From assembly GCA_964610305.1 (NCBI GenBank), contig CAZSVL010000002.1:40522-104521 (forward strand): 64,000 bases of DNA, given 5' to 3'. Below are positions 55,823 to 64,000 of the stretch, one piece after another (the stretch's first letter is position 1; every line of letters begins with the position of its first letter). The position numbers and the translations under genes are program-made. Source of the DNA: an uncultured Gammaproteobacteria bacterium. GTDB lineage: Bacteria > Patescibacteriota > Patescibacteriia > Magasanikbacterales > JBBTXJ01. The notes under the pieces are model-generated. The model saw only the letters and a list, made by a program, of their open reading frames with translations, did no database searches and was not told the DNA's origin.

Positions 55823-57153
55823 GAAGGAGAATTTTGTCCAGGACTGTTTGGTGGTGTTTGGTTGCTAGGAGGGGGTGTTGATTGTTGGTTTGGCGCTGCT
55901 TGTGCCACTTTTTTTGTTTTACGGTGATGAGAAACACTGTAGGCTATTGAGCCGCCGGCAATGAGGAGGATCAGACCAACGGCAGTAGCAAAGAGTGTGT
56001 TTTTGTTGGCAGAAAAGAAATTTAAAACCTCAAAACTAACGTCTCTTTTGTTGCTTTGATGAACACCATATGAAAGTTGGCCTGTAATGTAATACGTGCC
56101 TGCGTTTTCTGCCCTGAACGTGTGGGTAAATGATTGAGAATCGCTCACGGGAACAAAAAGGGCATCAGTAGAGGCAGTATCAATGAGAACCTCATCGTGG
56201 TATATGTCAAAAATCATCTTTGCGTCGACGCCACTTTCACCTACGTTTTCTGCTGCTGCATTTATTCTAACAAGTTCTCCTTGTCTGTATTCATCTTTCT
56301 CTACCGTAAATTCTGATAGATTAACCTCCTGCGCCAGGCTTCCTTTTGGAAAGACGCGAAAGCCAGAGATTTTTTCTATGATGGGATTATTGTCTTCGTC
56401 ATAGAAAACTACGGTGGCTTCATAAGAGCCTACGTCAAGCTCAAGATCAGTTTGTGCGGTTACCACCTGCCGCGTAAAAGCACCAATTATAGGTATGTTT
56501 TCAGCCTGTACACGCGCATTAAAAATAAAGTCTGGATTTTCTTTATCAATTACCGTGAGCTGAATCAGAGATGGGCGTGCTGCTACGTTACCGGTATTAT
56601 TCATAATAAAACGAAAGTCAATGTTGCGACCAACTTCTGAATTGTTGACTGAAATGTCCGAAATGTCGTAGATTACGCGCTCGTCATTAGTTACATGAAA
56701 AACAATAGTTCCTTGCGCGCCTGCGTACACTTTTACGGTAGTACCTCCCTGGCTATCGTCTGCTGCGCTTGCGGGTGGAATTACGGTTCCGGTAACGGTG
56801 GCGTGATACGTTCCGGCAGCCAGGTCTCTTGGCTCTATAAAAAATTCAAAGTTGGTCATGCGATCTCCCGGCTCAAATCCAACCGTCATGTCATGTTTTG
56901 GTTTTATGTATTGGGCCGCTGGGCCGCCAATTTCAACACTAATTTTTTCACTTCCATCAGTGCCGCCACGTGTAAAAAGAACAAAACCAGGAACTGATGA
57001 TCCTGAGAGAACATTATCTGCTCTAAATTGGGCCGGTGTGATACCAAAGGCCAACGTAGATTGCGGAAAGGCAGCTGTAAGAAGTAGCAAACTGACAGCT
57101 GCACAGAAAAAAAGTATCTTAAAAAAAAGGTCCTTTCTCAAAATATTTATCAT
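55816..57153 (-). CDS. Secreted multi-Ig-like protein with C-terminal TM anchor (DUF916/PapD-like N-domain, CARDB-like domains)
   Basis: Signal LA-FGITP; NTGNV and NVGE motifs; TM plus basic and Pro/Gln tail. Confidence 0.7.
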   Translation of the reverse strand: MINILRKDLFFKILFFCAAVSLLLLTAAFPQSTLAFGITPAQFRADNVLSGSSVPGFVLFTRGGTDGSEKISVEIGGPAAQYIKPKHDMTVGFEPGDRMTNFEFFIEPRDLAAGTYHATVTGTVIPPASAADDSQGGTTVKVYAGAQGTIVFHVTNDERVIYDISDISVNNSEVGRNIDFRFIMNNTGNVAARPSLIQLTVIDKENPDFIFNARVQAENIPIIGAFTRQVVTAQTDLELDVGSYEATVVFYDEDNNPIIEKISGFRVFPKGSLAQEVNLSEFTVEKDEYRQGELVRINAAAENVGESGVDAKMIFDIYHDEVLIDTASTDALFVPVSDSQSFTHTFRAENAGTYYITGQLSYGVHQSNKRDVSFEVLNFFSANKNTLFATAVGLILLIAGGSIAYSVSHHRKTKKVAQAAPNQQSTPPPSNQTPPNSPGQNSPSQ

Positions 57154-57165
57154 ACATTCATTATA

Positions 57166-58095
57166 TCATTTTTTTTTAAGTGAGTCTTGTGAAAAGCGGT
57201 AGAGATGAAAGAGTGATCCGCACAAGGCTAGAACCACAAGTAAAATAAACTTTTTTTTATGTTGAGCGAGGCGCTCAGTGAGTGTGAGTGGAGTAAGGAC
57301 AGTAAAAGTAACGGTATCGCTATCAATAAGAGCATTTTGTTTGTCATCAAGAAATGTTAGTTGTGCTGTGTGTTTTCCACTCCCAACTACATGATCAAAG
57401 GTGGGGAAAATGCTTGTTTCAGAAAATGGAGACAAGGTAATACCATCTTTTGGCTGGTAATATATTGTTTCTGTGGTGCCGTCAGGAGAGATGAGCTTTA
57501 CAGCGAGAGATGTAGCATAAAAGGGAATATTGCTGTCATTTACCCCCAAGAAAGACATTTCTACATTCTCTCCGGCACTTTTTGCTCCTATGCTTACTTG
57601 CTCAATAGCGCGTTTGTTTATGATGACCTCATTGGTTATAGAAAAATGTATGCGAGCTCCAACGGCGTGTATTACATTGAGTGTGGGGCCGTTTTCTTGC
57701 TTTCTTGCAGGTTCAAAAGAAAAAGCAGCAATTATCTCATAAGAGCCTGCAGGCAACTTTGAGCCATCAAGGCTAAAAGGGTAGGACAGTGTTGTTTTTT
57801 CTGTTTTCCAGGGAACAGATGTTCCAAGAGGGGTTTTAAGAGCTTGTTTTCCGTTTCCGCTAATGTGCACGTTTACCACCATATCCTCAGTTGGAACCTT
57901 TGCATTAGAAAGATGAAAAGCGCGATGAATATCGGCGGATGTGTGGATATTATCAATGGTGATCGCAGAGGGGCTTACACCAAACGCATACACACTCTGA
58001 ACTCCTAAAAAGGTGCCGAGGAAAAATATTGTGAGTGCAAGAATTTTTGTGTTTAGGAATCGGCTATGGCCGTAAAGACTATGGTATGTGTGCAT
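57166..58095 (-). CDS. Shorter paralogue of the preceding Ig-like anchored protein
   Basis: YA-FGVSP, L.AG.Y and GA.I.F.(I/V)TNE shared with 55816..57153; C-terminal TM. Confidence 0.7.
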   Translation of the reverse strand: MHTYHSLYGHSRFLNTKILALTIFFLGTFLGVQSVYAFGVSPSAITIDNIHTSADIHRAFHLSNAKVPTEDMVVNVHISGNGKQALKTPLGTSVPWKTEKTTLSYPFSLDGSKLPAGSYEIIAAFSFEPARKQENGPTLNVIHAVGARIHFSITNEVIINKRAIEQVSIGAKSAGENVEMSFLGVNDSNIPFYATSLAVKLISPDGTTETIYYQPKDGITLSPFSETSIFPTFDHVVGSGKHTAQLTFLDDKQNALIDSDTVTFTVLTPLTLTERLAQHKKKFILLVVLALCGSLFHLYRFSQDSLKKK

Positions 58096-58955
58096 GTGCC
58101 GCCGGCGCCCTTGTCAGGCGCTTTTAGTAATGTATAAAGAGTTTTTGTTGATTCAGATGCGTCATTTGTTCTCTGAAGCAGATTCAATTGAACCGTGCTA
58201 GCATCGTTGGTAAATTCCGTGCCATCGCCATAGGTAAATCCAGAGGTGGCGCTGTAATGGGTGCTGGTTGTGTTAATGATGCCCGCTGTACAGCTCATGT
58301 TATCGGCACTTTGAGAAGCGTCCATGTCTCTGTTGCCTGTATTGGTGAATAAGAGGGATTTTTCAGCAGATTGTGCCCCTAGTGTTAGGGTTCCATAATC
58401 AACATTCTCAGTAATGTTAAGCGCCAACAGGCTGTTGTATTCCCATGTGTCGGTGCCCTCATCAGAGGCGGACGCGTCATCTTCAACTTTTATATATGAT
58501 GTCCAATTAGTACCAGAGTGAGGCGCCCCGGCATCGGTGGGGTCTGCGTAGTATTGCAGTGCAATGGAATACTCATAGACAATATCTTGATCAGCTCCGC
58601 CGCTGCAGCCGCTGAGTGTTACGGTGCCAGCGTAGCAATCATTATTGTCTGCAGAGCATGCTTCAGCTGAGGCAACGTTGGTACGGTGCATTACTTCTGT
58701 CCATTGAGAAACAGCGTCTATCTCCTCACAGCCGTCAAGATCAGAGGCGGTTCCGTGCACGTAGACGGTAACGGTGGTGTTTTCAGAAGGCGATATGGAA
58801 GATACATCTGATCCTAAAGATGTTAGGGATGTGGTTATAGTATCAATGGTGGGAGCATTATTAGCCTGCCCTTCCGCAGCGTCAAACCATAAAAAAAAGC
58901 TAAGCATCACTGATGAGCCTATAAGAATTTTTTTGAGTACGTTGGGTATTGTCAC
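58053..58955 (-). CDS. Secreted two-domain beta protein, putative minor filament subunit
   Basis: Paralogue of 59030..60085 (six shared Cys, DPTD, NTGNR, GTCT.TI.[FL]T C-terminal strand); GTG start six nt after TATACT. Confidence 0.7.
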   Translation of the reverse strand: MTIPNVLKKILIGSSVMLSFFLWFDAAEGQANNAPTIDTITTSLTSLGSDVSSISPSENTTVTVYVHGTASDLDGCEEIDAVSQWTEVMHRTNVASAEACSADNNDCYAGTVTLSGCSGGADQDIVYEYSIALQYYADPTDAGAPHSGTNWTSYIKVEDDASASDEGTDTWEYNSLLALNITENVDYGTLTLGAQSAEKSLLFTNTGNRDMDASQSADNMSCTAGIINTTSTHYSATSGFTYGDGTEFTNDASTVQLNLLQRTNDASESTKTLYTLLKAPDKGAGGTCTHTIVFTAIADS

Positions 58956-58983
58956 GCATATAGTATAGCATAATACACGGATC

Positions 58984-59010
58984 AAAAAACCCTCTGATAG
59001 AGGGTTTTTT
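58984..59010 (-). terminator. Intrinsic terminator between the two paralogues
   Basis: aaaaaaccctct-gat-agagggtttttt. Confidence 0.8.
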
Positions 59011-59029
59011 GTGCCATCGTAAAAGTGTT

Positions 59030-60085
59030 TTAGTTAGCGTGATCTGCGTCTTGCAGAGAGGTAAGGGTAATGGTACCCGTACAGGTTCCGCTTACACCAG
59101 TGGTAGGTGTATGGATAGCTAGATATAGCTGCGTGCTGCTAGAGGTAGAGCTAGTTGTTCTCTTAGTTAGTCCAAGAGAAATAGTCGTAGATTCTGATGT
59201 TCCCAAGTTCCTAGCGGTACCGGTAGCAAGTCCAAATTCTGACTCTGTTACGTTAAAGTAGATTCTTGAGAGTGAAATGGTACCAGCTCCGCATGACAGC
59301 GTTCCACCAGATTTGGTTACATCCAGTGTGCGGTTTCCGGTGTTACCAATTCCCAGCGTTTGGCGTCCTTTTGAACCGGTGCTGGATGCCAAAGGCATGG
59401 TGCCAAAGTCAATTCCAGTAGTAAGTTCCATGGCGAGTAGTCCGCCCAATTCAAATGCTTTAGAGGCAGTTCCAGCGTCACCATCGCTGTCATCAGTTAC
59501 TGCTGCAAAAGCTGCCCATGTAGTATCAGAGAATTGAGAATCCGCGTCTGTTGGCTCCATGTAGTGCGGCATGTGATACTTAACGTGATAGTTCATTTCA
59601 GTATCTGCAGCAGATGCGCAGTTAGAACCATCTGATCCTGCGTTTGGTGAGTTTGCATTTCCTAAAGTGGTAGACACCATATCAGTTCTTCTGCAGCTAT
59701 CTATGTCTTCCGTGCAAGAGCTTGTGTTGCTCACAGAGGCGCGGTACACAGAGAAGTCCCAGTTTCCTCCATCAGCATCTGTGCTTGGGTTATCAATTTC
59801 TTGGCAGCTGTTTTCATCCGTAACTTTTCCGTGAATGAACAGATCAGTAGGAGTTACTCCTTCTGCAAGCCAAATGGTTGTGGTGGCTGATCCGTATTCT
59901 GTAGCAGAAACGGTAATGTTGTTTATTACCGGATCTACATTACTTATGGTGACAGATCCGGTGCTGTCGTCAGCAGAGGATCTTGTCAGGATTAAGGCTA
60001 TCACTGCGGCTACGGCAATTATCGTAAAGGCAATTCCGTAAACCAAGTGAGCTGAGCCTTGCTTTGAGTTTGATGGCATACGCAT
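59030..60085 (-). CDS. Secreted Ser/Thr-rich two-domain beta protein, putative major filament subunit
   Basis: N-terminal KQG-SAHL plus TM plus SSA-DD; extra strand STGSVTISN; IDFG, NTGN and GTCTGTITLT motifs. Confidence 0.7.
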   Translation of the reverse strand: MRMPSNSKQGSAHLVYGIAFTIIAVAAVIALILTRSSADDSTGSVTISNVDPVINNITVSATEYGSATTTIWLAEGVTPTDLFIHGKVTDENSCQEIDNPSTDADGGNWDFSVYRASVSNTSSCTEDIDSCRRTDMVSTTLGNANSPNAGSDGSNCASAADTEMNYHVKYHMPHYMEPTDADSQFSDTTWAAFAAVTDDSDGDAGTASKAFELGGLLAMELTTGIDFGTMPLASSTGSKGRQTLGIGNTGNRTLDVTKSGGTLSCGAGTISLSRIYFNVTESEFGLATGTARNLGTSESTTISLGLTKRTTSSTSSSTQLYLAIHTPTTGVSGTCTGTITLTSLQDADHAN

Positions 60086-60117
60086 GGTTTATGCAAGGTT
60101 TTAGTAAAAGTTAGTGC

Positions 60118-60354
60118 TTATTCTTCTATCTGTAGATTGACCTCTACAGAGTTATTTGAGCCTTCAGAGGGTGGAGTTATCTCTCCAATCTGCAGGCGTA
60201 CTTCCGTACTGTTGTTGCTCCCCTCCGATTGCACCATTTCATCAGGGGCAGCATCAGCAGGCTGCGTTGCGCTATTGCGCGTCGCAAGGTTTGCTACAAG
60301 TACGATAACGGCCGCTACAGCCACCACCGCAGCAATCCTACTGTATTGTTGCAT
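60118..60354 (-). CDS. Small membrane-anchored protein with a duplicated 14-aa motif
   Basis: TM, then SEGSNNSTEVRLQI ... SEGSNNSVEVNLQI. Confidence 0.7.
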   Translation of the reverse strand: MQQYSRIAAVVAVAAVIVLVANLATRNSATQPADAAPDEMVQSEGSNNSTEVRLQIGEITPPSEGSNNSVEVNLQIEE

Positions 60355-60436
60355 AGCGTTGTTGATTAATGGATGGCATTAGTATACCACATTTCACTTC
60401 TTCTTTTTTTTGTAAATAATTTTTGATGTGGATAAG

Positions 60437-62080
60437 TTATAACTGCGTCCTTCTATCGCTCCAAAGAAATAGTAGAGACATGCCACAGATAGCAATGATG
60501 ATAGACAAAGTGGTGGCAGGACTTCTTTCTTTTTTACTGAGCTGTATGGATATGCGACGCGCCTCTTTTTTATCAACTGTTTTCACAAAGCTGTTTATAA
60601 AAGCGGTGTTGCCAGCTCTATCATGGGCGGTGATACCGAGTGTTATTTTTTTTGTCCCTCTTGTTTGTATTTCGTAGGGAGACTTGTCAATGGTGACGGC
60701 GCTCATTTCATTTTCTTGGATACTAAAATGGGATATTCCAGAGAGCTCATCAATCGCCTGGATATCAGCTATAAGGTGTGTGGAACGGTCAATGAGAAAG
60801 GCCTGATACTCCACGCCATGTATTTGAGGAGGTGTTGAGTCAATTTTTAGTTGCAGATGTGCCGTTGTTTCTGCCGACCCGCCTTCTGGTTTTACGTGGG
60901 CATACCATATGCCATCTTCTAATTCTTGCGTCAGAGAAAGAGCCTCTTGTGGTTCGCCTGCTGGGTCAGTAAGCGGATTTTGATCTATAGCGGCATACGC
61001 CCTGTCTGCTCCCTGCAGTTGCCATGAGATTTCTGCTGATGTGGCGCTATACCACTGGTATTCGCTAGGATGCGTTGGAGAGTTCAGTGATGTGACGCTG
61101 GGCTCTGAAGGGGCAATTTTGTCTTCCGGCGCATCGGGCGCCTTTTTTGGAACAGAAAGCGTTAATGTTTGGCTTTTGGGAGTGAGTGTTTTTCCCGTTA
61201 GAGCTTCATATATCCAAGAGCCGGCGTCCATTTCAATTTTATGCGACCCCTCATTGAGAATTTTAAACGTAACGCGCATGACCGGTACATCGCCGTGACG
61301 GTATCCACTTCCGGGCACACCACCAGAAAAGTGGATTTTTCCACGTTCATCATTAACGGGTGTTTGGTTCCATATGTTAAAGCCTGAATGGTCATATTTT
61401 ATATCCAGCACTTGCAGATCCCCATCAGGGAACGATACAGCACCTTCTAGAGCGTTTATATGGTTGTTTCCCGTGTTTATAGACACATCCACCACCAACA
61501 CTTCTGTAACGCCCTTTGTAACTACACTAGAGGCCGCTAGCTGAGCGGAGGCAATAATTTCTCTATGTTGCTTTATGAGCCATTGAGGGGTTTGCGTTGG
61601 CTCTACCTCTGGTAGTTCTGGCAATGGAGTAAGTGCAGGACACGCCGCCGTATTTAAAAAGGGGAGAAGTTGCGCCAGATCTGCTCCGCCAATAGACCCG
61701 TCTTCATTTAAGTCAAAAACGCCTTCCGATCCTCCCCAAAAAAGGCTCATGAGCGATAAATCCTTACAGTCTATTTCGTTATCGTCATTAAAGTCCGCTT
61801 CTCCTTTTTCTAGTTTTTTTATGGGGATAAGGCTGGGTGTTTCTTTTCTTGGTGGGGAGCCGCCATACGCCGGGTTAGGGTCTTCATTGTCCTGCGGATT
61901 GTAAGAGGATTCTGATGAAGAAGACGATGAGGATGAGCTTGATGATTCTTCTGCATCACCTATTCTTACAACCAAATAGGCAAAATCTGCCACTGCAATG
62001 CTTGGCGCCAGTACACCAAAAAGAAGCACCAAAAGGGAGCCTATTGGAAGGGCTTTTGTTTTAAGAAAATTAAAACCCAT
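60437..62080 (-). CDS. Surface protein with dockerin, cohesin and Ig-like domains and a C-terminal TM
   Basis: ADFNDDNEIDCKDL..DLNEDGSIGGADL (dockerin); VSINTG..INA.EG.VSF..GKIHFSGGVP (cohesin); SPTHP..QWY; poly-Ser linker. Start uncertain (62080 or 62104). Confidence 0.75.
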   Translation of the reverse strand: MGFNFLKTKALPIGSLLVLLFGVLAPSIAVADFAYLVVRIGDAEESSSSSSSSSSSESSYNPQDNEDPNPAYGGSPPRKETPSLIPIKKLEKGEADFNDDNEIDCKDLSLMSLFWGGSEGVFDLNEDGSIGGADLAQLLPFLNTAACPALTPLPELPEVEPTQTPQWLIKQHREIIASAQLAASSVVTKGVTEVLVVDVSINTGNNHINALEGAVSFPDGDLQVLDIKYDHSGFNIWNQTPVNDERGKIHFSGGVPGSGYRHGDVPVMRVTFKILNEGSHKIEMDAGSWIYEALTGKTLTPKSQTLTLSVPKKAPDAPEDKIAPSEPSVTSLNSPTHPSEYQWYSATSAEISWQLQGADRAYAAIDQNPLTDPAGEPQEALSLTQELEDGIWYAHVKPEGGSAETTAHLQLKIDSTPPQIHGVEYQAFLIDRSTHLIADIQAIDELSGISHFSIQENEMSAVTIDKSPYEIQTRGTKKITLGITAHDRAGNTAFINSFVKTVDKKEARRISIQLSKKERSPATTLSIIIAICGMSLLFLWSDRRTQL

Positions 62081-62141
62081 CTTTCTTTGCAGCAAGTATA
62101 CCATAGGTACTCCATAAATAATGTGGTATAATCTTCTCACT

Positions 62142-63158
62142 ATGGGTGACAATATCTCATTTGAGAAAAAAAATGTTCTTGTCACAGGAGGGGCCGGCTT
62201 TATTGGTTCTCTGCTGTGTGAAGAGCTTATAAAGGAAGCGCGTGTTATTTGTATGGATAACTTTTTATCCAGCAGCGCGTTTAACATAGACCATTTGTTG
62301 CCTTACGATGACTTTGAGTTTGTTAAGCATGATGTTTCCGTACCTTTTAAGCTCACCGATTTTTCAGAGATTGAAAAATTTGCCGTAGAGTTTCAGGGAG
62401 TGCAAGAGGTGTATCATTTGGCATGTCCCACAGCACCAAAACATTTTGATGAATTTAAGGTAGATACGCTTAAGGCAAACTCGCTGGCAATGATAAATAC
62501 GCTAGAGATTGCCAAGCAATACAAAGCCAAATATTTATTTGCCAGCAGCTCTGTGGTGTATGGTCCGCCAAAAGAAAAGGACATGAGATTTGCAGAGAAT
62601 TTTACGGGTGTGGTGGATCAGCTCAGCAAGCGTGCTTGCTATGACGAGGGAAAGCGTTTTGGCGAGACATGCGTTGATACGTACCGGCAAATGTTTGATC
62701 TTGATGTAAGGATCGCCAGGATTTTCCGCACGTATGGCCCACGCATGCAACTGCGCGAGGGGCGCATGATTCCTGATTTTGTTCTCAGTGCACTTGATGG
62801 AAAAGATTTGGTTATTCATGGAGATGAAACGTTCTCTACCTCTGTTTGCTATGTTTCAGATATTGTAGATGGTCTTATAAGGCTGATGCACAGGAATGAG
62901 TACTTGGGACCGGTAAATATTGGAGATGATAAACGTTACCTGATTTCAGAAATCGCTCAGAAGATTATTGATTTGTTAGAATCAGAGTCCAAGATTACGT
63001 ATGAGGCAAAAATTGCCTTTATGACATCACTTGGTTTGCCTGATCTTACAAAAGCGCGCGAAGAGTTGGGTTGGGTGCCGCTTGTTCGTTTAGAGGATGG
63101 TCTGCGTAAGGTAATTGACTACACTATCGCAAACAAGGAGTCTTTGCGGGAATTTTAA
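62142..63158 (+). CDS. NAD-dependent epimerase/dehydratase, UDP-glucuronate decarboxylase-like
   Basis: VTGGAGFIGS, YHLACP, RACYDEGKR, RIF.TYGPRM and CYVSD.VDGL motifs. Confidence 0.88.
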   Translation: MGDNISFEKKNVLVTGGAGFIGSLLCEELIKEARVICMDNFLSSSAFNIDHLLPYDDFEFVKHDVSVPFKLTDFSEIEKFAVEFQGVQEVYHLACPTAPKHFDEFKVDTLKANSLAMINTLEIAKQYKAKYLFASSSVVYGPPKEKDMRFAENFTGVVDQLSKRACYDEGKRFGETCVDTYRQMFDLDVRIARIFRTYGPRMQLREGRMIPDFVLSALDGKDLVIHGDETFSTSVCYVSDIVDGLIRLMHRNEYLGPVNIGDDKRYLISEIAQKIIDLLESESKITYEAKIAFMTSLGLPDLTKAREELGWVPLVRLEDGLRKVIDYTIANKESLREF

Positions 63159-63161
63159 GTC

Positions 63162-63242
63162 AGGCATTAGGCAGTAGGCATTAGGCTTCAGTGATCGCAC
63201 CTTAAAAGTGCGCTAATGCCTGAGGCCTACTGCCTAATGCCT
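63162..63242. repeat. Inverted heptamer element (TAGGCAT/G)n ... (ATGCCTA)n
   Basis: Perfect 17-bp IR at 63162-63178 / 63226-63242 around cgcac-cttaaaa-gtgcg. Confidence 0.85.
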
Positions 63243-63289
63243 CAAAAAAGGCGCTTGCCTTTTTTTTGATCCTGATGTTCACTACTAGG

Positions 63290-63946
63290 ATGAATGACAC
63301 GGTAGTGGTAATCCCTGCGTACAATGAGAGCGGTAGAATAGGGCAGACTATTAAAGGGCTTGCTGATTTGCCCTATGATCTTGTGGTGGTAGATGATGGC
63401 TCTTCTGACGGGACTGCTCAGGCCTGCGCTGGCGCAACGGTTTTGCGGCACGGTCTAAATAGAGGGCAAGGGGCTGCTCTTCAGACCGGGACACAATGGG
63501 CGCTGCAAAGAGGCGCCTCTTACGTGGTACACTTTGATGCTGATGGTCAGTTTGAGCCATCAGATATAAAAAGAGCGCTTGACATAGTGCGCAGTACAGA
63601 TATCCACATTATTTTGGGGTCACGATTTTTGGGAGAGAGCAGCGAGCTCCCCTTTACTAAGCGCTACATTATTTTTCCAGTGGCACGCGTCATAAATTGG
63701 GCTTTTTCTGGCTTGTGGCTCTCAGATGTTCATAACGGCTTTAGAGTTATGACGAGCCGTGCCGCATCTGAAATAAATATTGAGGTTGATCGCATGGCTC
63801 ACAATACGAACATTTTAAGCCAGATCAGAAAAAAGAAGTTGAGCTATCAGGAAATGCCCGTACGGGTATATTATCATAGGTACGGACAGGGTGTTGGCGG
63901 AGGTTTTAAGATAATGGGAGATTTACTCATGGGTTGGTTTTCGTAA
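63290..63946 (+). CDS. GT2 glycosyltransferase (Dpm1-like)
   Basis: VIPAYNE, VVDDGSSD, N.GQGAAL.TG, HFDADGQ and GSRFLG motifs. Confidence 0.9.
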   Translation: MNDTVVVIPAYNESGRIGQTIKGLADLPYDLVVVDDGSSDGTAQACAGATVLRHGLNRGQGAALQTGTQWALQRGASYVVHFDADGQFEPSDIKRALDIVRSTDIHIILGSRFLGESSELPFTKRYIIFPVARVINWAFSGLWLSDVHNGFRVMTSRAASEINIEVDRMAHNTNILSQIRKKKLSYQEMPVRVYYHRYGQGVGGGFKIMGDLLMGWFS

Positions 63947-63949
63947 ATT

Positions 63950-64000
63950 ATGGCATTTATTCAAACAGCGCTGCTGCTTTTTGTAGCATTTGCAGCGTAC
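63950..64000 (+). CDS. Start of a small membrane protein (possibly DUF2304-like), truncated by the window
   Basis: ATG three nt after the GT2 stop; MAFIQTALLLFVAFAAY. The family guess rests on context only. Confidence 0.4.
   Translation, partial: MAFIQTALLLFVAFAAY

Overview
This 64 kb window looks like chromosome from a Patescibacteria/CPR bacterium, probably the Parcubacteria ABY1 group (Uhrbacteria/Magasanikbacteria-like). That assignment is inferred from gene content only: an S-layer-like protein with the CPR-type N-terminal repeat, an ECF sigma/DUF5667 pair, a cohesin/dockerin protein, and SD-less near-leaderless genes. It uses genetic code 11. The backbone carries smpB-ssrA (tmRNA) and a very large surface-glycosylation region: five O-antigen-ligase-like proteins, several fused glycosyltransferases, a natural Gmd-Fcl fusion, a carbamoyltransferase with SxtJ/DUF5989-like partners, and a polyprenyl glycosylphosphotransferase. 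It also carries a 1256-aa S-layer-like protein, a subtilase, and a minus-strand cluster that may build a donor-strand-exchange surface filament. The most striking signal is a second class of genes at ~1-2830, 8422-12239 and 25857-29719. Unlike the backbone, these have Shine-Dalgarno sites and usually full TTGACA-type promoters. In the latter two blocks they also have terminators and encode Myxococcota-style diderm envelope proteins: two Cys-rich lipoproteins, a beta-barrel-like protein ending in Phe, and a PEGA/TPR protein. Several of these blocks sit beside a family of intergenic inverted heptamer-repeat elements. All product calls come from motifs read by eye; no searches were run.
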